A model generated the notes under the pieces. The model was not told the origin of the DNA. It did no database searches and worked only from the letters and a program-made list of their open reading frames with translations. A program made the translations under genes and the position numbers. 64,000 nucleotides of DNA from NCBI GenBank assembly GCA_023205875.1, contig CP060754.1, forward strand, positions 992,001-1,056,000, read 5' to 3'. Shown piece after piece: positions 10,335-21,100 of the stretch; positions within the stretch are counted from its first letter, which is position 1, and each line of letters begins with the position of its first letter. The DNA comes from Chloropicon primus. Taxonomy: Eukaryota.

Positions 10335-10877
10335 CTCCGCGTCACGCTCCCAACCTCCCAAAGCAAGCCGCGCTTCGGCCTCGTCCCTGTAACGCTCACC
10401 TCGCCTCGAGGCAAGTGCAAGTCGGTGCAGGGATCCCAAGGACAAGTCCCGGGACCAAGAGAGGAGAGACAAAGGTAGGGGAGCAAGGCGGGGCCGATCT
10501 TTTGTGCCGGTAACGGTAACCACCACGACACACCATCGCACGCACTTGCCTCGTCCTCGTCCTCCAAGTTGGGAGCGTGGCGCGCATGTCACGTCGTTCT
10601 CTTGGTGTACGACAAAGACGAAGGGAAAGTTTAGTTTAAATCATCTTGGAAGACAGACGAGGCAAGGAGGACGTTCGGTTCGGTCTCGTGCGCGAAGAGG
10701 AGGATGAGGTGAAGCACAAGGGAAACGTTTCGGTACGGAAGACGCGCTCCCGTCCACCCTTGGTCTCGTTTCGTTCGTTTCGTTACGTTTCGTTTCGTTT
10801 CGTTCGTTCTCTTTCCTTTGTTCTCAGAAGGATCGGTTCGCGTGGGTGAGGGAGAGAGTTTCAGTTTCATTGGGAGG

Positions 10878-13835
10878 ATGACGGGCATGGCGACCACAAG
10901 CGGCGAAGCCCAGCAGCTGCAGGAGAACTGGAGCAACATCATCTCGCAAAAGGAGGACGAGATCAACAAGCTGAGGGAGAGGCATGTTGCGGACTTGGAG
11001 GAGCGGCTTCTGACCAAAGAGAGCGAGGTTGTGGAGCTCGAAGTGAGCTACAAGAAGCTGAAGGATGACTTCGAGTATAACCTCGAGGTCCTGCAGGAGA
11101 GGGACAAAGACCTCAAGGAGTACGACGATGTGCTGGTCCGGGAGATGGAGAAGGGCCAAGACCGCTCGAGAATGATAGACGAGACGCGGAAGATCATCGA
11201 GAAGCTCCAATTCGAGCTCCAGAGCGAACGGGAGGCTCGGGTCGAGGAGCAGAGTTTCTGCAAGCAAAAGATGTTCGAGCTGAAGGAGGAAGCCGAGAAC
11301 GCCAAGTATGGCAGGGAGGAGGCCGTCCTGAGACAGAAGGAGGACTTCGAAAGGGTTCGACGCTGCCTTCAGAAGGAGATCGACGAGCTGAAGGGGGAGA
11401 AGGAGCTCCAGAACCACAACCTGAGAAGCGAGTTTAGTGGGCAAATCCAGCGGCTAGAGAGCGAGCTGAGGCTGCAAAAGCAGGAGTCAGCTCACTGCAC
11501 CACGCAACTGGAAGACAAGCTGGAGAGTGTGGAGTCCGAGCTCCAGAAAACCAAGGAGAGCGAGCGGCACAAGGCAGAGAGCCTCTCCAGGGCCCTGGCG
11601 ACGAGCGCGGAGCACGAGAGAGTGACTCGGGCGGTGAGTTTTGAGTTCGAGGAGTGGAAGATCTCGAAAGAGAAGGTGATCGTGGAGCTGGAAAGCAAGT
11701 TGCAGGCCACGACGACGGAGCACCACATCTACGTGAACAATTCCAAGGCAATGGAGAACAAGCTGTCGATGGAGCTGCTGGACCTTCAGAACGTGGGAGA
11801 GCAGCTGCAGGACACGTACAGGAGGAGGCTCGAGCAAGAGCACGCCGGGCTGCTGAGCGAGAGGGACACCTTCAAGTTCCGCACAGAAGCCGCCGAGGAG
11901 CGGCTCAAGACCCTGGAAGAAGAGCTGCAGGGCGCCCAGTCCGCGCACAAGATCGAGGAGAGGGACATGAGGGAGAGAATTTCCAAGCTCGAGCTGGAGA
12001 AGAACGAGGCGCTGCAGAACCTGAACAGCACGGCCCAGGAGATCACGAGCAAGTACCACGCCGAAATCAGATTGCTCAAGGAAGAGCTTTGGTCCAAGAA
12101 CGAGGAGATCAGCGTGCTGAGGACGAAGGAGTCCAACATGAAGACCTCGTTGGATGACAGGAGGGGGGACATCAACTCGTACAAGGAGCAGCTCGCCTCA
12201 TCGATCGAGAGGGAGAGGGAGCTGAAGAGGTCCTTGCGAGCTCTGGAGCTCAAGGCAGAGCTTGACCTCCAGGCGAACGAAGCCAAGGTGTCTGCAAGCA
12301 ACGAAAATGTGGTGAAGCAGCTGACCCAGGACAAAGACTACTCGAGCGAGAAGTTGAGGCAGTGCGAAGAAAGAATTCTGCAGCAGGAGGAAGAGATTGC
12401 TGCGCTCCGCAAGGAGAGCACTGCGGGCGCGCAGCAGCAGCAGCCCACGTCAAGGACCTCCATTCCCGAAAACTGGAGCCCTGATTCCTCCCTCCTCGGC
12501 TTGAACTTGAACTTGAGCGACATCTCGCCCACCATGTCGTTGAACACGCCAGGCAAGCCAGATCTCGTGGTGGCCAAGCTGAGGGAGATGGAGTCCGAGA
12601 ACATGAGACTGAAGGACGTCATCGCGGCTCTCAGGCAAGAGATGGAATCCGTGGCCCCAGTTGCAGACGAGGGCAAGCTCAAGGCCCTGGAGCGGGAATT
12701 GTCGGCCTCTGACTCGGACTATCAGCAGGCCATGAATCACGTCAGGATTCTTCAGAGCAGGGATGCGGGTGATTCTGATCTGGGAAGCAGGAACAGGGCC
12801 GAGCTGGAATTTCTCAGGAACCAGGCGGCGAAAATTCTTCAGGAAAACCGGAGCATGAGAAGGCTCCAAGTAATGAACGCCCAAGCCACTACCGGGGGCG
12901 GGGAAGTGGACTCCGCCTCGACCCCAGCCCCCTCCCCTTCCGCCGGTGACCATCAAGCGTCTTCTGCGTCTGCCTACAACGGGCAAGAGCGGCTGCTGAT
13001 TTATTCAAAGCTCGTGGACATGCGGAACGAGCTCAGCCCGAAGAGCAGGTGGGGTCAGGTGACCAGGGACGACGAAAACAACAACATGGTCATCGGCCTG
13101 GCGGACGATGTAGCTGATTTGGTGCGGCGGTCCTGTCGGAGGCTGGCTGTGAAGTCCAAAAACTTGAAGCGAGTGATAGAGGAGAGAGACCGGATCCTGG
13201 AGCTCAACAACGCCCTCCGGTCCTCGATTGACAAGAAGAACCTCGATGAATCCAACCAGGGCTCCGGCATTCCTTCCTTGCTGGATCACAACGCCACGAC
13301 GGAGCGCCTGCTCGAGACAAACGAGAAGTTGTCTTACGTGCAGAACAGCCTGGTGGACCTGAAGCAGCAGAGCGAGGAGCTGATCAGGTACCAGAGGGAG
13401 GCACAGAAGATCGTCTCCCCGAGCAGCGAGGAGGCGACCATTGCCGCAAAGTCCCAGAGGCCAAGGACCGCACACCCTTCGACGAGCAAAGCGAAAGCAA
13501 AGGCTGCCAATGACCTTGGAGCTCCTGGGTCTGGCTCGGAGCGGGTCCAGGAGAGGCCAAAGACCGCAAAGGTTTCGAAGTCTACGGGGGCACCGTCCAC
13601 CTCGCGGAAAGGGTTGAAGCTGACGGGGGAGAGGGCGCCGTCCTCCGCTCCGTCGGCGAGGTGCGCGCAGAACCAAGCGACGGCGTCCCAGAGGGCGAGG
13701 CTGCAGGCTCTGGCGCTGAAGAGGCAGAGGAAGGAGAGGGAGAGCCAGAAGCCGCAAATCAGGAATTACAACATCAGGGACGACGGTGTTGCAGCCAAGG
13801 AGAGCGCCGCGTTAAAAAACGCCGAGGGCGGCTGA
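10878..13835 (+). CDS. Long coiled-coil protein, CCDC57-like (centrosomal)
   Basis: YKKLKDDFEYNLEVLQERDKDLKEYD resembles the CCDC57 N-terminus; ERDRILELNNALRS; C-terminal IRNYN; heptad E/K/L-rich sequence. Confidence 0.65.
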   Translation: MTGMATTSGEAQQLQENWSNIISQKEDEINKLRERHVADLEERLLTKESEVVELEVSYKKLKDDFEYNLEVLQERDKDLKEYDDVLVREMEKGQDRSRMIDETRKIIEKLQFELQSEREARVEEQSFCKQKMFELKEEAENAKYGREEAVLRQKEDFERVRRCLQKEIDELKGEKELQNHNLRSEFSGQIQRLESELRLQKQESAHCTTQLEDKLESVESELQKTKESERHKAESLSRALATSAEHERVTRAVSFEFEEWKISKEKVIVELESKLQATTTEHHIYVNNSKAMENKLSMELLDLQNVGEQLQDTYRRRLEQEHAGLLSERDTFKFRTEAAEERLKTLEEELQGAQSAHKIEERDMRERISKLELEKNEALQNLNSTAQEITSKYHAEIRLLKEELWSKNEEISVLRTKESNMKTSLDDRRGDINSYKEQLASSIERERELKRSLRALELKAELDLQANEAKVSASNENVVKQLTQDKDYSSEKLRQCEERILQQEEEIAALRKESTAGAQQQQPTSRTSIPENWSPDSSLLGLNLNLSDISPTMSLNTPGKPDLVVAKLREMESENMRLKDVIAALRQEMESVAPVADEGKLKALERELSASDSDYQQAMNHVRILQSRDAGDSDLGSRNRAELEFLRNQAAKILQENRSMRRLQVMNAQATTGGGEVDSASTPAPSPSAGDHQASSASAYNGQERLLIYSKLVDMRNELSPKSRWGQVTRDDENNNMVIGLADDVADLVRRSCRRLAVKSKNLKRVIEERDRILELNNALRSSIDKKNLDESNQGSGIPSLLDHNATTERLLETNEKLSYVQNSLVDLKQQSEELIRYQREAQKIVSPSSEEATIAAKSQRPRTAHPSTSKAKAKAANDLGAPGSGSERVQERPKTAKVSKSTGAPSTSRKGLKLTGERAPSSAPSARCAQNQATASQRARLQALALKRQRKERESQKPQIRNYNIRDDGVAAKESAALKNAEGG

Positions 13836-13873
13836 AGAGAAGCCCTCCCAAAGCTTGTAGTGCAGTGGCAGTT

Positions 13874-14290
13874 TCATTGCTTGGGGTTCGACGCAATGTG
13901 TGCGTCCATCTTCCTCTCGATCTCGTCCCTCGCCACGCGAAACCTTTGGAGCTTTTGCTCTTCCGTCTCTCCCTCGACGTCCACCGCCGGATCGGGCGTG
14001 CTCCAGTCGAGGCGCTTCTCCGGGGGCGCCAGCGGGCAGACCTCCTCGGCGCACAGCGTCACGATCGCGTCGAATGCGTCCAGGTCGAACACCTCGATGG
14101 ACTTGGACGTGTTCTTCGAAATATCAACCCCAACCTCTTTCATCGCCTCAACCGCCAAGGGTCTGACAAAACCCGAGGGGCTGGATCCCGCGCTCTCCAC
14201 AACCTCAAAGTACCCCCCCTTCGTCCTCGCCAGGCCCTCCGCCATCTGCGACCTCGCGGAGTTCGCCACGCACAGGAACAACACCTTCAT
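13874..14290 (-). CDS. arsC: Thioredoxin-coupled arsenate reductase (LMW-PTP fold)
   Basis: MKVLFLCVANSARSQMAEG (CX5R P-loop), SAGS, VTLCAEEVCP resolving Cys pair, W..PDP, FR..RDEI. Intronless. Confidence 0.88.
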   Translation of the reverse strand: MKVLFLCVANSARSQMAEGLARTKGGYFEVVESAGSSPSGFVRPLAVEAMKEVGVDISKNTSKSIEVFDLDAFDAIVTLCAEEVCPLAPPEKRLDWSTPDPAVDVEGETEEQKLQRFRVARDEIERKMDAHIASNPKQ

Positions 14291-14435
14291 GTCGCAAAAA
14301 AAAAACACCCGCGGTCACCTCGTCCCTTCCCTTCCTTCCTCTTCCTCCTCCTCCCCCGACCCCGACGTTACCCCTCCGCTCCGCTCTGATCCCAATATTC
14401 TCTTCTGCCTCCTGAGCGGGGGGTTCGTTCCGTCG

Positions 14436-15908
14436 ATGGAGGAGGCTTGGGTGGAGAGGAGGCAGGGGACGGCGGCGTGGTGGGTGTGCGCGGCGGCGGT
14501 GGTGGTGCGTGTGGCGGTGGGACTGCACTCGTATTCGGGACGAGGGGACACACCCAAGTTCGGGGACTATGAAGCGCAGAGGCACTGGATGGAGATCACC
14601 CTCAACTTGCCAGTGGGGGAGTGGTACGTCGACACGAAGGACAACGACCTGGGGTACTGGGGGATCGATTACCCTCCGCTGTCCGCCTACCAGAGCTGGC
14701 TCCACGGCCTGCTTCTTCTGCTGCTCGAGCCGCAGGCGGTGGCCCTGGGCGAGTCCAGGGGCTACGAGACCGGAACCAGCAAGGTGCTGATGAGGGCCAC
14801 GGCCCTGGCGTCGGACGTCTCGCTGATGTTTCCGGCGGCAATCCTCGCGATGCGAGCGGTGTACCCGGGGGAGCGGGCACGAGATCGACTCTGGGCGCTC
14901 GCTCTGGTCCTCTTCCACCCGAGCTTCGTCCTGATTGACCACGGGCACTTTCAGTACAACTGCATCAGCCTGGGGCTCACCGCGGGGGCCGTGGCGTGCC
15001 TGTGGCGGGGACGCCAGTACGCGGGGAGCTTCCTGTACGTGCTCGCATTGAATCACAAGCACATGAGCCTGTACTACGCCCTGGCGTTCTTCTCCTACCT
15101 GCTGGGAGGAGCGCTGAGAAGGCCGGGGCTGGTCCAAAAGTTCACGACTGTCTGCCTGCTGGGGCTCACCGTCGTCCTCACTTTCGCTCTCGTGTGGTTC
15201 CCGTTCCTCAGGGAGCCAGGGATGGCCTTCAAGGTGCTGGGGAGGCTTGTGCCCCTGAGAAGGGGTGTCTTCGAGGATTACGTCAGCAACTTCTGGTGCG
15301 TCTCCCACGTCCTGATCAAGTGGAAGCGCTTGTTCGCGAACGAGGTCATGGCCAATATCTCTGCGCTGGCCACCATGGCGGCGTGTGCCCCAAGCGTGGT
15401 GCACCAGGTTCTGTGGCCGTCCAAGAAGGGGTTCCTGATTTGCATGCTCAATTGCTCCCTGGCATTCTATCTCTTCTCCTTTCAAGTGCACGAGAAGTCG
15501 ATCCTTTTGCCTTGCCTTCCTTCAGCCCTCCTGGTTTTGGAAAACCCCATGCACGCGGTGTACTTTGCCCTGGTCTCGACCTTCAGCATGCTCCCGCTGC
15601 TTGTCAAAGACGGGCTCGTGGTTGCTTACGGGGGGTGCTTGATCATTTTCTGCGCCGTGGCGGGTCTCAGGACCGATCTCTTGCGGCCGGCCTGGATGAA
15701 GACGCCTTTAGCCGCGTCTGCTGCGATTGGGGTGGCCCTCAGTGCACTGAAAGTGGCTGGCGAGCCGCCGGCCTCCTTGCCATACCTCTTTGACCTCTTC
15801 ATCTCCGCCTTTGCGTTTGTGCACTTCGCTGGGTTCTTCGTGTTCTGGAACTGGAAGCTTTGGACGAGTTACAAGGTGGCCGACAAGGTGGTCGCGAAAA
15901 TGGAGTAA
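14436..15908 (+). CDS. ALG6: Dolichyl-P-Glc:Man9GlcNAc2-PP-dolichol alpha-1,3-glucosyltransferase
   Basis: GDYEAQRHWMEIT, YWGIDYPPLSAY, LIDHGHFQYN, RRGVFEDYVSNFWC, FSFQVHEKSILL. Confidence 0.95.
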   Translation: MEEAWVERRQGTAAWWVCAAAVVVRVAVGLHSYSGRGDTPKFGDYEAQRHWMEITLNLPVGEWYVDTKDNDLGYWGIDYPPLSAYQSWLHGLLLLLLEPQAVALGESRGYETGTSKVLMRATALASDVSLMFPAAILAMRAVYPGERARDRLWALALVLFHPSFVLIDHGHFQYNCISLGLTAGAVACLWRGRQYAGSFLYVLALNHKHMSLYYALAFFSYLLGGALRRPGLVQKFTTVCLLGLTVVLTFALVWFPFLREPGMAFKVLGRLVPLRRGVFEDYVSNFWCVSHVLIKWKRLFANEVMANISALATMAACAPSVVHQVLWPSKKGFLICMLNCSLAFYLFSFQVHEKSILLPCLPSALLVLENPMHAVYFALVSTFSMLPLLVKDGLVVAYGGCLIIFCAVAGLRTDLLRPAWMKTPLAASAAIGVALSALKVAGEPPASLPYLFDLFISAFAFVHFAGFFVFWNWKLWTSYKVADKVVAKME

Positions 15909-16007
15909 TATATATAAAGAGAGTTGGGTGGGTCTATTGTATCGATGTAGCATATGCAGATTGTACTTGATCGCCTCGACTTTTGAAGCTTCCCGCAAAG
16001 CGCCTGC

Positions 16008-17560
16008 CTACGTCGCCAACAAGGAGGGGCTCATGGATGATCCGAGATGCCAGTCGATCATCTTGGACAGGCGTTTCGAGGCCTCGATTTGAGCCATGAT
16101 CGTGGAGTGGAGCTCGATGTGCTGGTCCCTCTCATTGGGGGTTTGGAAGGCCCAATGAGCAAATTCCTTTGCGATGTGTACGTAGTCCTCCACTCCCACG
16201 GGCTTGTGAGTTCTTACGATCCGAACGTCTCCCCGCGGCAAGTAGACCTTGCAGTACTTTTGCTCGTGGTCCATCTCGAGGAATGCCTTGTCAATGAACT
16301 TGATCCAAACCCTGCCGTCCTCAAAGGCCACCAGGTTTCCCACGTCCTCGTCATACTTCTCCACCAAGACCCGATTGGAGACCAAGGGAGCCCCCTTCGC
16401 GTTTCTCTTGTACTCCCCCTGAGACACAACCTGCTTGACGTGCTTCATGTGCTCGAGGAACTTGGAGGCGTAATCCACGACGGTGTTGTAGAAAGCAAAG
16501 ATGGTGCCGCTCTGTTCGCCTATCTTGTCAGGCGTCACAAAGGCGGTCCTTGCTTTGCCGAACCCACCCGCAGGCCTGTGGATGCGGTCTCCTCGAGCGT
16601 TCGGGGAGATGTGCTCGAACTCCTTGCCGCCGTTCCTCGAAACGAGCAGGTTGCCGTCAAAGTAGGTGAGCACTTCAGCCTCTCCGAGATCGTACGCGAA
16701 TCGAAACAGGCAGTAAGGCGTCCACTCCAGCACGACAGTCGTGTCACGGGGATACAAGACGTCCCTGCAGGTGTCCCAAAACGATCCCTTCTCCACGTCA
16801 ATCCACTTTGCCGTCTCGCTCGTGGTGCACGGCAAGGGGAGGTCCCTGACGAGCATCACGGTCTTCCTTCCCCCTTCTTGGTCGTTCACCTGGTCCAGCA
16901 CCGCTTGCAGGAGCGGCTTCCACTTCTCGGGACAGTCGTTGCTGGAAAAGTGCTGCTCCTGCAGGTAGTACGAGTAGACGGGCCCGGCACCCTCGCTGCC
17001 AAAGAGGGATGTGGTCAAGAGGGTTTTCGAGAAGAATCGAGTCAGGCGATGAAAAGCGCAACATATAGCACACCGCACGCGCGCACGTACCTCTCAGCCA
17101 CTTTGTAATTGATCGGATAGCACACCGAGAACCGCCTCTTTCCGGACTGCAGGTGAAAGGAGCACTTGCCGTCCTTCGACTTGACCGTCAGCGAGTCCTT
17201 CTCGGTGTCGTACCGGAGGCCCGCCGGGACGACCCAAGAAGCTCTCTCGACGCGAATCTGAGACGTCCAAGTGACTTTCCCGAGCACCTCGAAGCGCTTC
17301 TCCAGAGCTTTGCACCAGAACGGAACAGGGCTGTAGGCGTTCCTGAAGTCCAAGGCCAGCGCGACTCCCTTGCAGTGCCTCTGCCGAGCGAATGCCGTCA
17401 GGCACCTCTCCTTCAGCACGCCCCCGCTCCTCGAGGCGTCGTAGAAAGTGTAACACGCCCCGGTTGGCTCGACCACGACCCACGTGCCATCCTCGAAGCT
17501 GACCTTCACCCTGCCATCCCTCATGAGGAGCCCCCGCTTCACCCCGCCGTCGCTCACCAT
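16008..17560 (-). CDS. C5orf34-like uncharacterised protein (DUF4524/DUF4520-like); intron 16996-17090
   Basis: A GT..AG intron joins the two ORFs in frame (…KVAES EGAGP…). N-terminal L.RDGRVKVSFEDG and C-terminal VG.L.AFEDGRV.I.F.D motifs. Confidence 0.6.
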
Positions 17561-18154
17561 GCTCCTAAGAAACGCAAAACCCTCGAGCGAAAAGGGACCA
17601 CGCAGGGACGACTGCTGTTCCGGATCCCTCCCTCGTCAAAAAAGCCAAGGCCACACTCCTTGCGAGCGAAGCGAGACAGACACACAGACCCAAGAACCTT
17701 ACTGTTGTCCAGTCCAACCCTCTCGCGAGAGCGAAACAAAAAGAAAAACAGAAACAAAAGAAAGAAAGAAAGAAAGAAGAGGCCAAGCAGGGACGATGGC
17801 GATGAGTGTTCCGTCCCAAAACCGGACCCCTCCCTCGTCAAAAACCAAGCCAAGGGGTCGATTCGCTCGCGCGCTCGATCGCCTTCGATCGATCTGTCGC
17901 TGTCGCAAATCAAATGTTCCTTTTGGGAAGCGCGCGTCACATCAATTGATCACGGGGAAGCGCGGAGACCCTCGATCGATCGGATCGGAACGATCGGGTG
18001 GAAAGGGAAGAAGGCGTGGCCCATGGAGTGAGGCACGACACGCGCGGGGACTGCGTTTGGATTGAAGGCAAGTCGTGTCGTGTCGTGTCGTGTCGTGTTT
18101 GGAAGAGAAGTCTTTTTTGTTTGGGGGATTTTTTTTTGCGAGGGGAGCGAGGGG

Positions 18155-21100
18155 ATGGAGTCAGCAGGGAGTCTGCTGAAGAGGTACTGGAGGCGGAGGG
18201 GGAGGGGGGGGGAGGCCAAGTACGAGAGGTTGGAGAGGAGGGAGGGAGGGGAGGAGGTGGACCTGGACTCGCCCTCGACGAGCGGAACGGAGAGGGATGT
18301 TGTTGGCGCGAGGAGGAGGGTGAGGTCGGTCACCAAGGCTGGGACCACCAGGGTGGAGACGGTGGACGCGATTCCTTCGGGGTACGAGAGGTCCTTCCGC
18401 GGGAACCACGGGGTGTTCGCGAGGGAGGCCGATGGTGGCGTCGTGGCGGTCGCGGAGCTGTCGGTTTCGGGGATGACCTGCTCGGCCTGCTCGGGGAGCG
18501 TGGAGGAGGCCCTGCGAAGGGTGGTCGGCGTCCAGAGCGTCGGCGTCTCTCTTGTGACGGGGAGGGTGGACGTGACGTTTGGGGTGACCCCGGGGGGCGA
18601 GAGGCCCGAGGATGTGCTGCAAGTTCTGGCACAAACGGTGGAGGACGCTGGTTTCGACGTGGACTCGTCGAGCTTGGCTGCAGACCCGTCGTTCGACAGA
18701 CCCGTGCTCCAAGTGAGGTTGGCGATCCAGGGCATGACGTGCTCGAGCTGCTCCTCCGCAGTGGAGTCGGCGCTTTCCGGGGTGCCTGGGGTCGCCGAGG
18801 TGAAGGTGGCCTTGGCCATGGATGAGGCCTTCGTGGCGGGGGACAGCACGAAGTTCACCGCGCAGGACGTGGTGACCGCAATCGAAGACGCGGGTTTCGA
18901 GGCTCAAATCAAGTCCGTGGAGACTCAGAAAGACGAAGGGATCGTGCACGAAATTGAAATCGACGTCGAGGGAATGACTTGCAGCGCTTGCCAGAACTCC
19001 GTCGAGGGCATTCTCGCCGCCGTGAAAGGCGTCGAGTCCGCGTCCGTGTCACTCATAACGGGGAAAGCCAAAGTGACGTACATGCTGAGCGAAACAAAGT
19101 CGAGGGACATAATCAAGGCCATCGAGGACGCGGGCTTTGGGGCCTCCGTCAGTCAGGAAAGCCAGTCATCAAGCAGCAGAAACAAGACAAGGGAATCAGA
19201 CTATTGGAGAACGCTCTTCCGTCGAAGCTTGATGTTCACCGTGCCTCTGTTCTTGCTCTCGAAGATACTGCCGCACACTTCACCAGGGCTCCACCGTATT
19301 CTGATGTCCGAGGTCTGGGGTGTGTTCTTACCCTTGCACCAAGTGCTGAAAATAGCTCTGGCGACCCCGGTGCAATTCTGGATCGGAAGACGCTTCTACG
19401 TCGGTGCATACAACGCGCTTCGACACGGTTCTGCTAATATGGACGTCCTCGTCGTTCTCGGCACAACAGCGTCTTACGCGTACAGCTTGGCTTCTGTCCT
19501 TTTTCACTCCATGAACAAGCACAAGTACGCAAAGGATTACCAGCCAACAGATTTCTTTGAAACTGGTGCAACTTTGATCACTTTCATCTGCCTGGGAAAG
19601 TATCTGGAGACCTCTGCCAAGGCGAAGACGTCGAACGCCATATCAAAGCTGATGGAGCTGACGCCAGATACAGCGATTCTCGTGGAGCTCGACGAGAACA
19701 ACCAGGTCAAGTCCGAGCAGGAGATACTGACGACGCTCATTCACGTGGGGGATCACCTCAAGGTCCTCCCTGGTTCAAAGATACCAACGGATGGAACGGT
19801 GTCGAGCGGAAGCAGTTACGTGGACGAGTCCATGATCACGGGGGAGAGCATCCCTGTGTTGAAAAGTGCGGGGGACCAGGTCATCGGCGGCACCTTGAAC
19901 ACGGCGGGGCTACTTCACATGAAGGCCACAAAGATTGGGTCGGACACGGCGCTGTCTCAGATCATCAAGATGGTGGAGACTGCACAGATGTCCAAGGCCC
20001 CCGTGCAGCGTTATGCGGACAAAATCTCGTCCTACTTTGTTCCCATAGTCGTCATTCTTGCTGTCACGACCTTCCTCTCATGGTACATTGCGGGAAGGGC
20101 GGGAGGGTACCCGAGTGACTGGATACCCCAGGGGCATAACGTTTTCCTGTTCAGCCTCACGTTTGGAATCAGCGTCGTTGTGGTCGCTTGCCCTTGCGCT
20201 CTTGGTTTGGCCACCCCCACTGCAATCATGGTCGGGACAGGTGTTGGGGCCACCAACGGCGTTCTCATCAAGGGCGGAGATGCCTTGGAGAAAGCTTGCC
20301 ACGTGTCTTGTCTTGTTTTCGACAAGACCGGCACGCTCACGCTCGGCCTACCTAGCGTTGTGGACTCCCTCCACCTGCACCCGTACATGAAAGAGGAGGA
20401 GTGCGCCGTTTTGGCGGCCACGGCGGAGAGCTCGAGCGAGCACCCTCTGGCCAGAGCTATTTTGAAGTACGCCCGCGATGTGCTGTTCGGGAAAGTCCGC
20501 GACGATTCTCAGGTCACGTTTGATACTCCAGAGGAGGTGGACATCCTCCCGGGTTTTGGCGTGATTTGCACCGTGAAAGGAGCGGCCCACGCGGAGCACA
20601 TGGCCCGGATCAACCTCACCCCGGGTTCCAGGAACGCGCGCAACATGCGGGTCTGCATCGGGAATCGCAAGCTGATGCAGTCGGAGGGCGTCAGGCCCCC
20701 CGAGTCTGCTGATCTGTGGATGAAAGACCAGGAGGAGGGTGGCAGGACTGCGGTCATGTTTGCGGTGGACGGCGCAGTAGCGAGCATATTTGCGATCGCG
20801 GACCCCCTGAAGCCAGAAGCGAGGGGTGTCGTGGAGCACCTGCAGGCCATGGGAATAGCGTGTGCGATGGCGTCTGGTGACAACTGGAGGACTGCCCAGG
20901 CCATTGGCCGCGATGTTGGCATCTCTGACATTCACGCTGGCATCTCCCCTGGCGAGAAAGTGGACGTGATCAAGGAAATGCAGCGCAAGAACGTCTCTGT
21001 TGGCATGGTTGGCGACGGCGTGAACGACTCGCCTGCCCTGGTTGCCTCGGACGTCGGCATCGCTCTTGGCTCTGGAACGGACATCGCGGTGGAAGCCGCG

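Noticed and set aside
13860..14435. Apparent 192-aa N-terminal extension of ALG6 (682-aa ORF)
   Set aside because: It is the antisense shadow of arsC plus the spacer and starts at a non-ATG codon; the ALG6-like sequence begins at ATG 14436.
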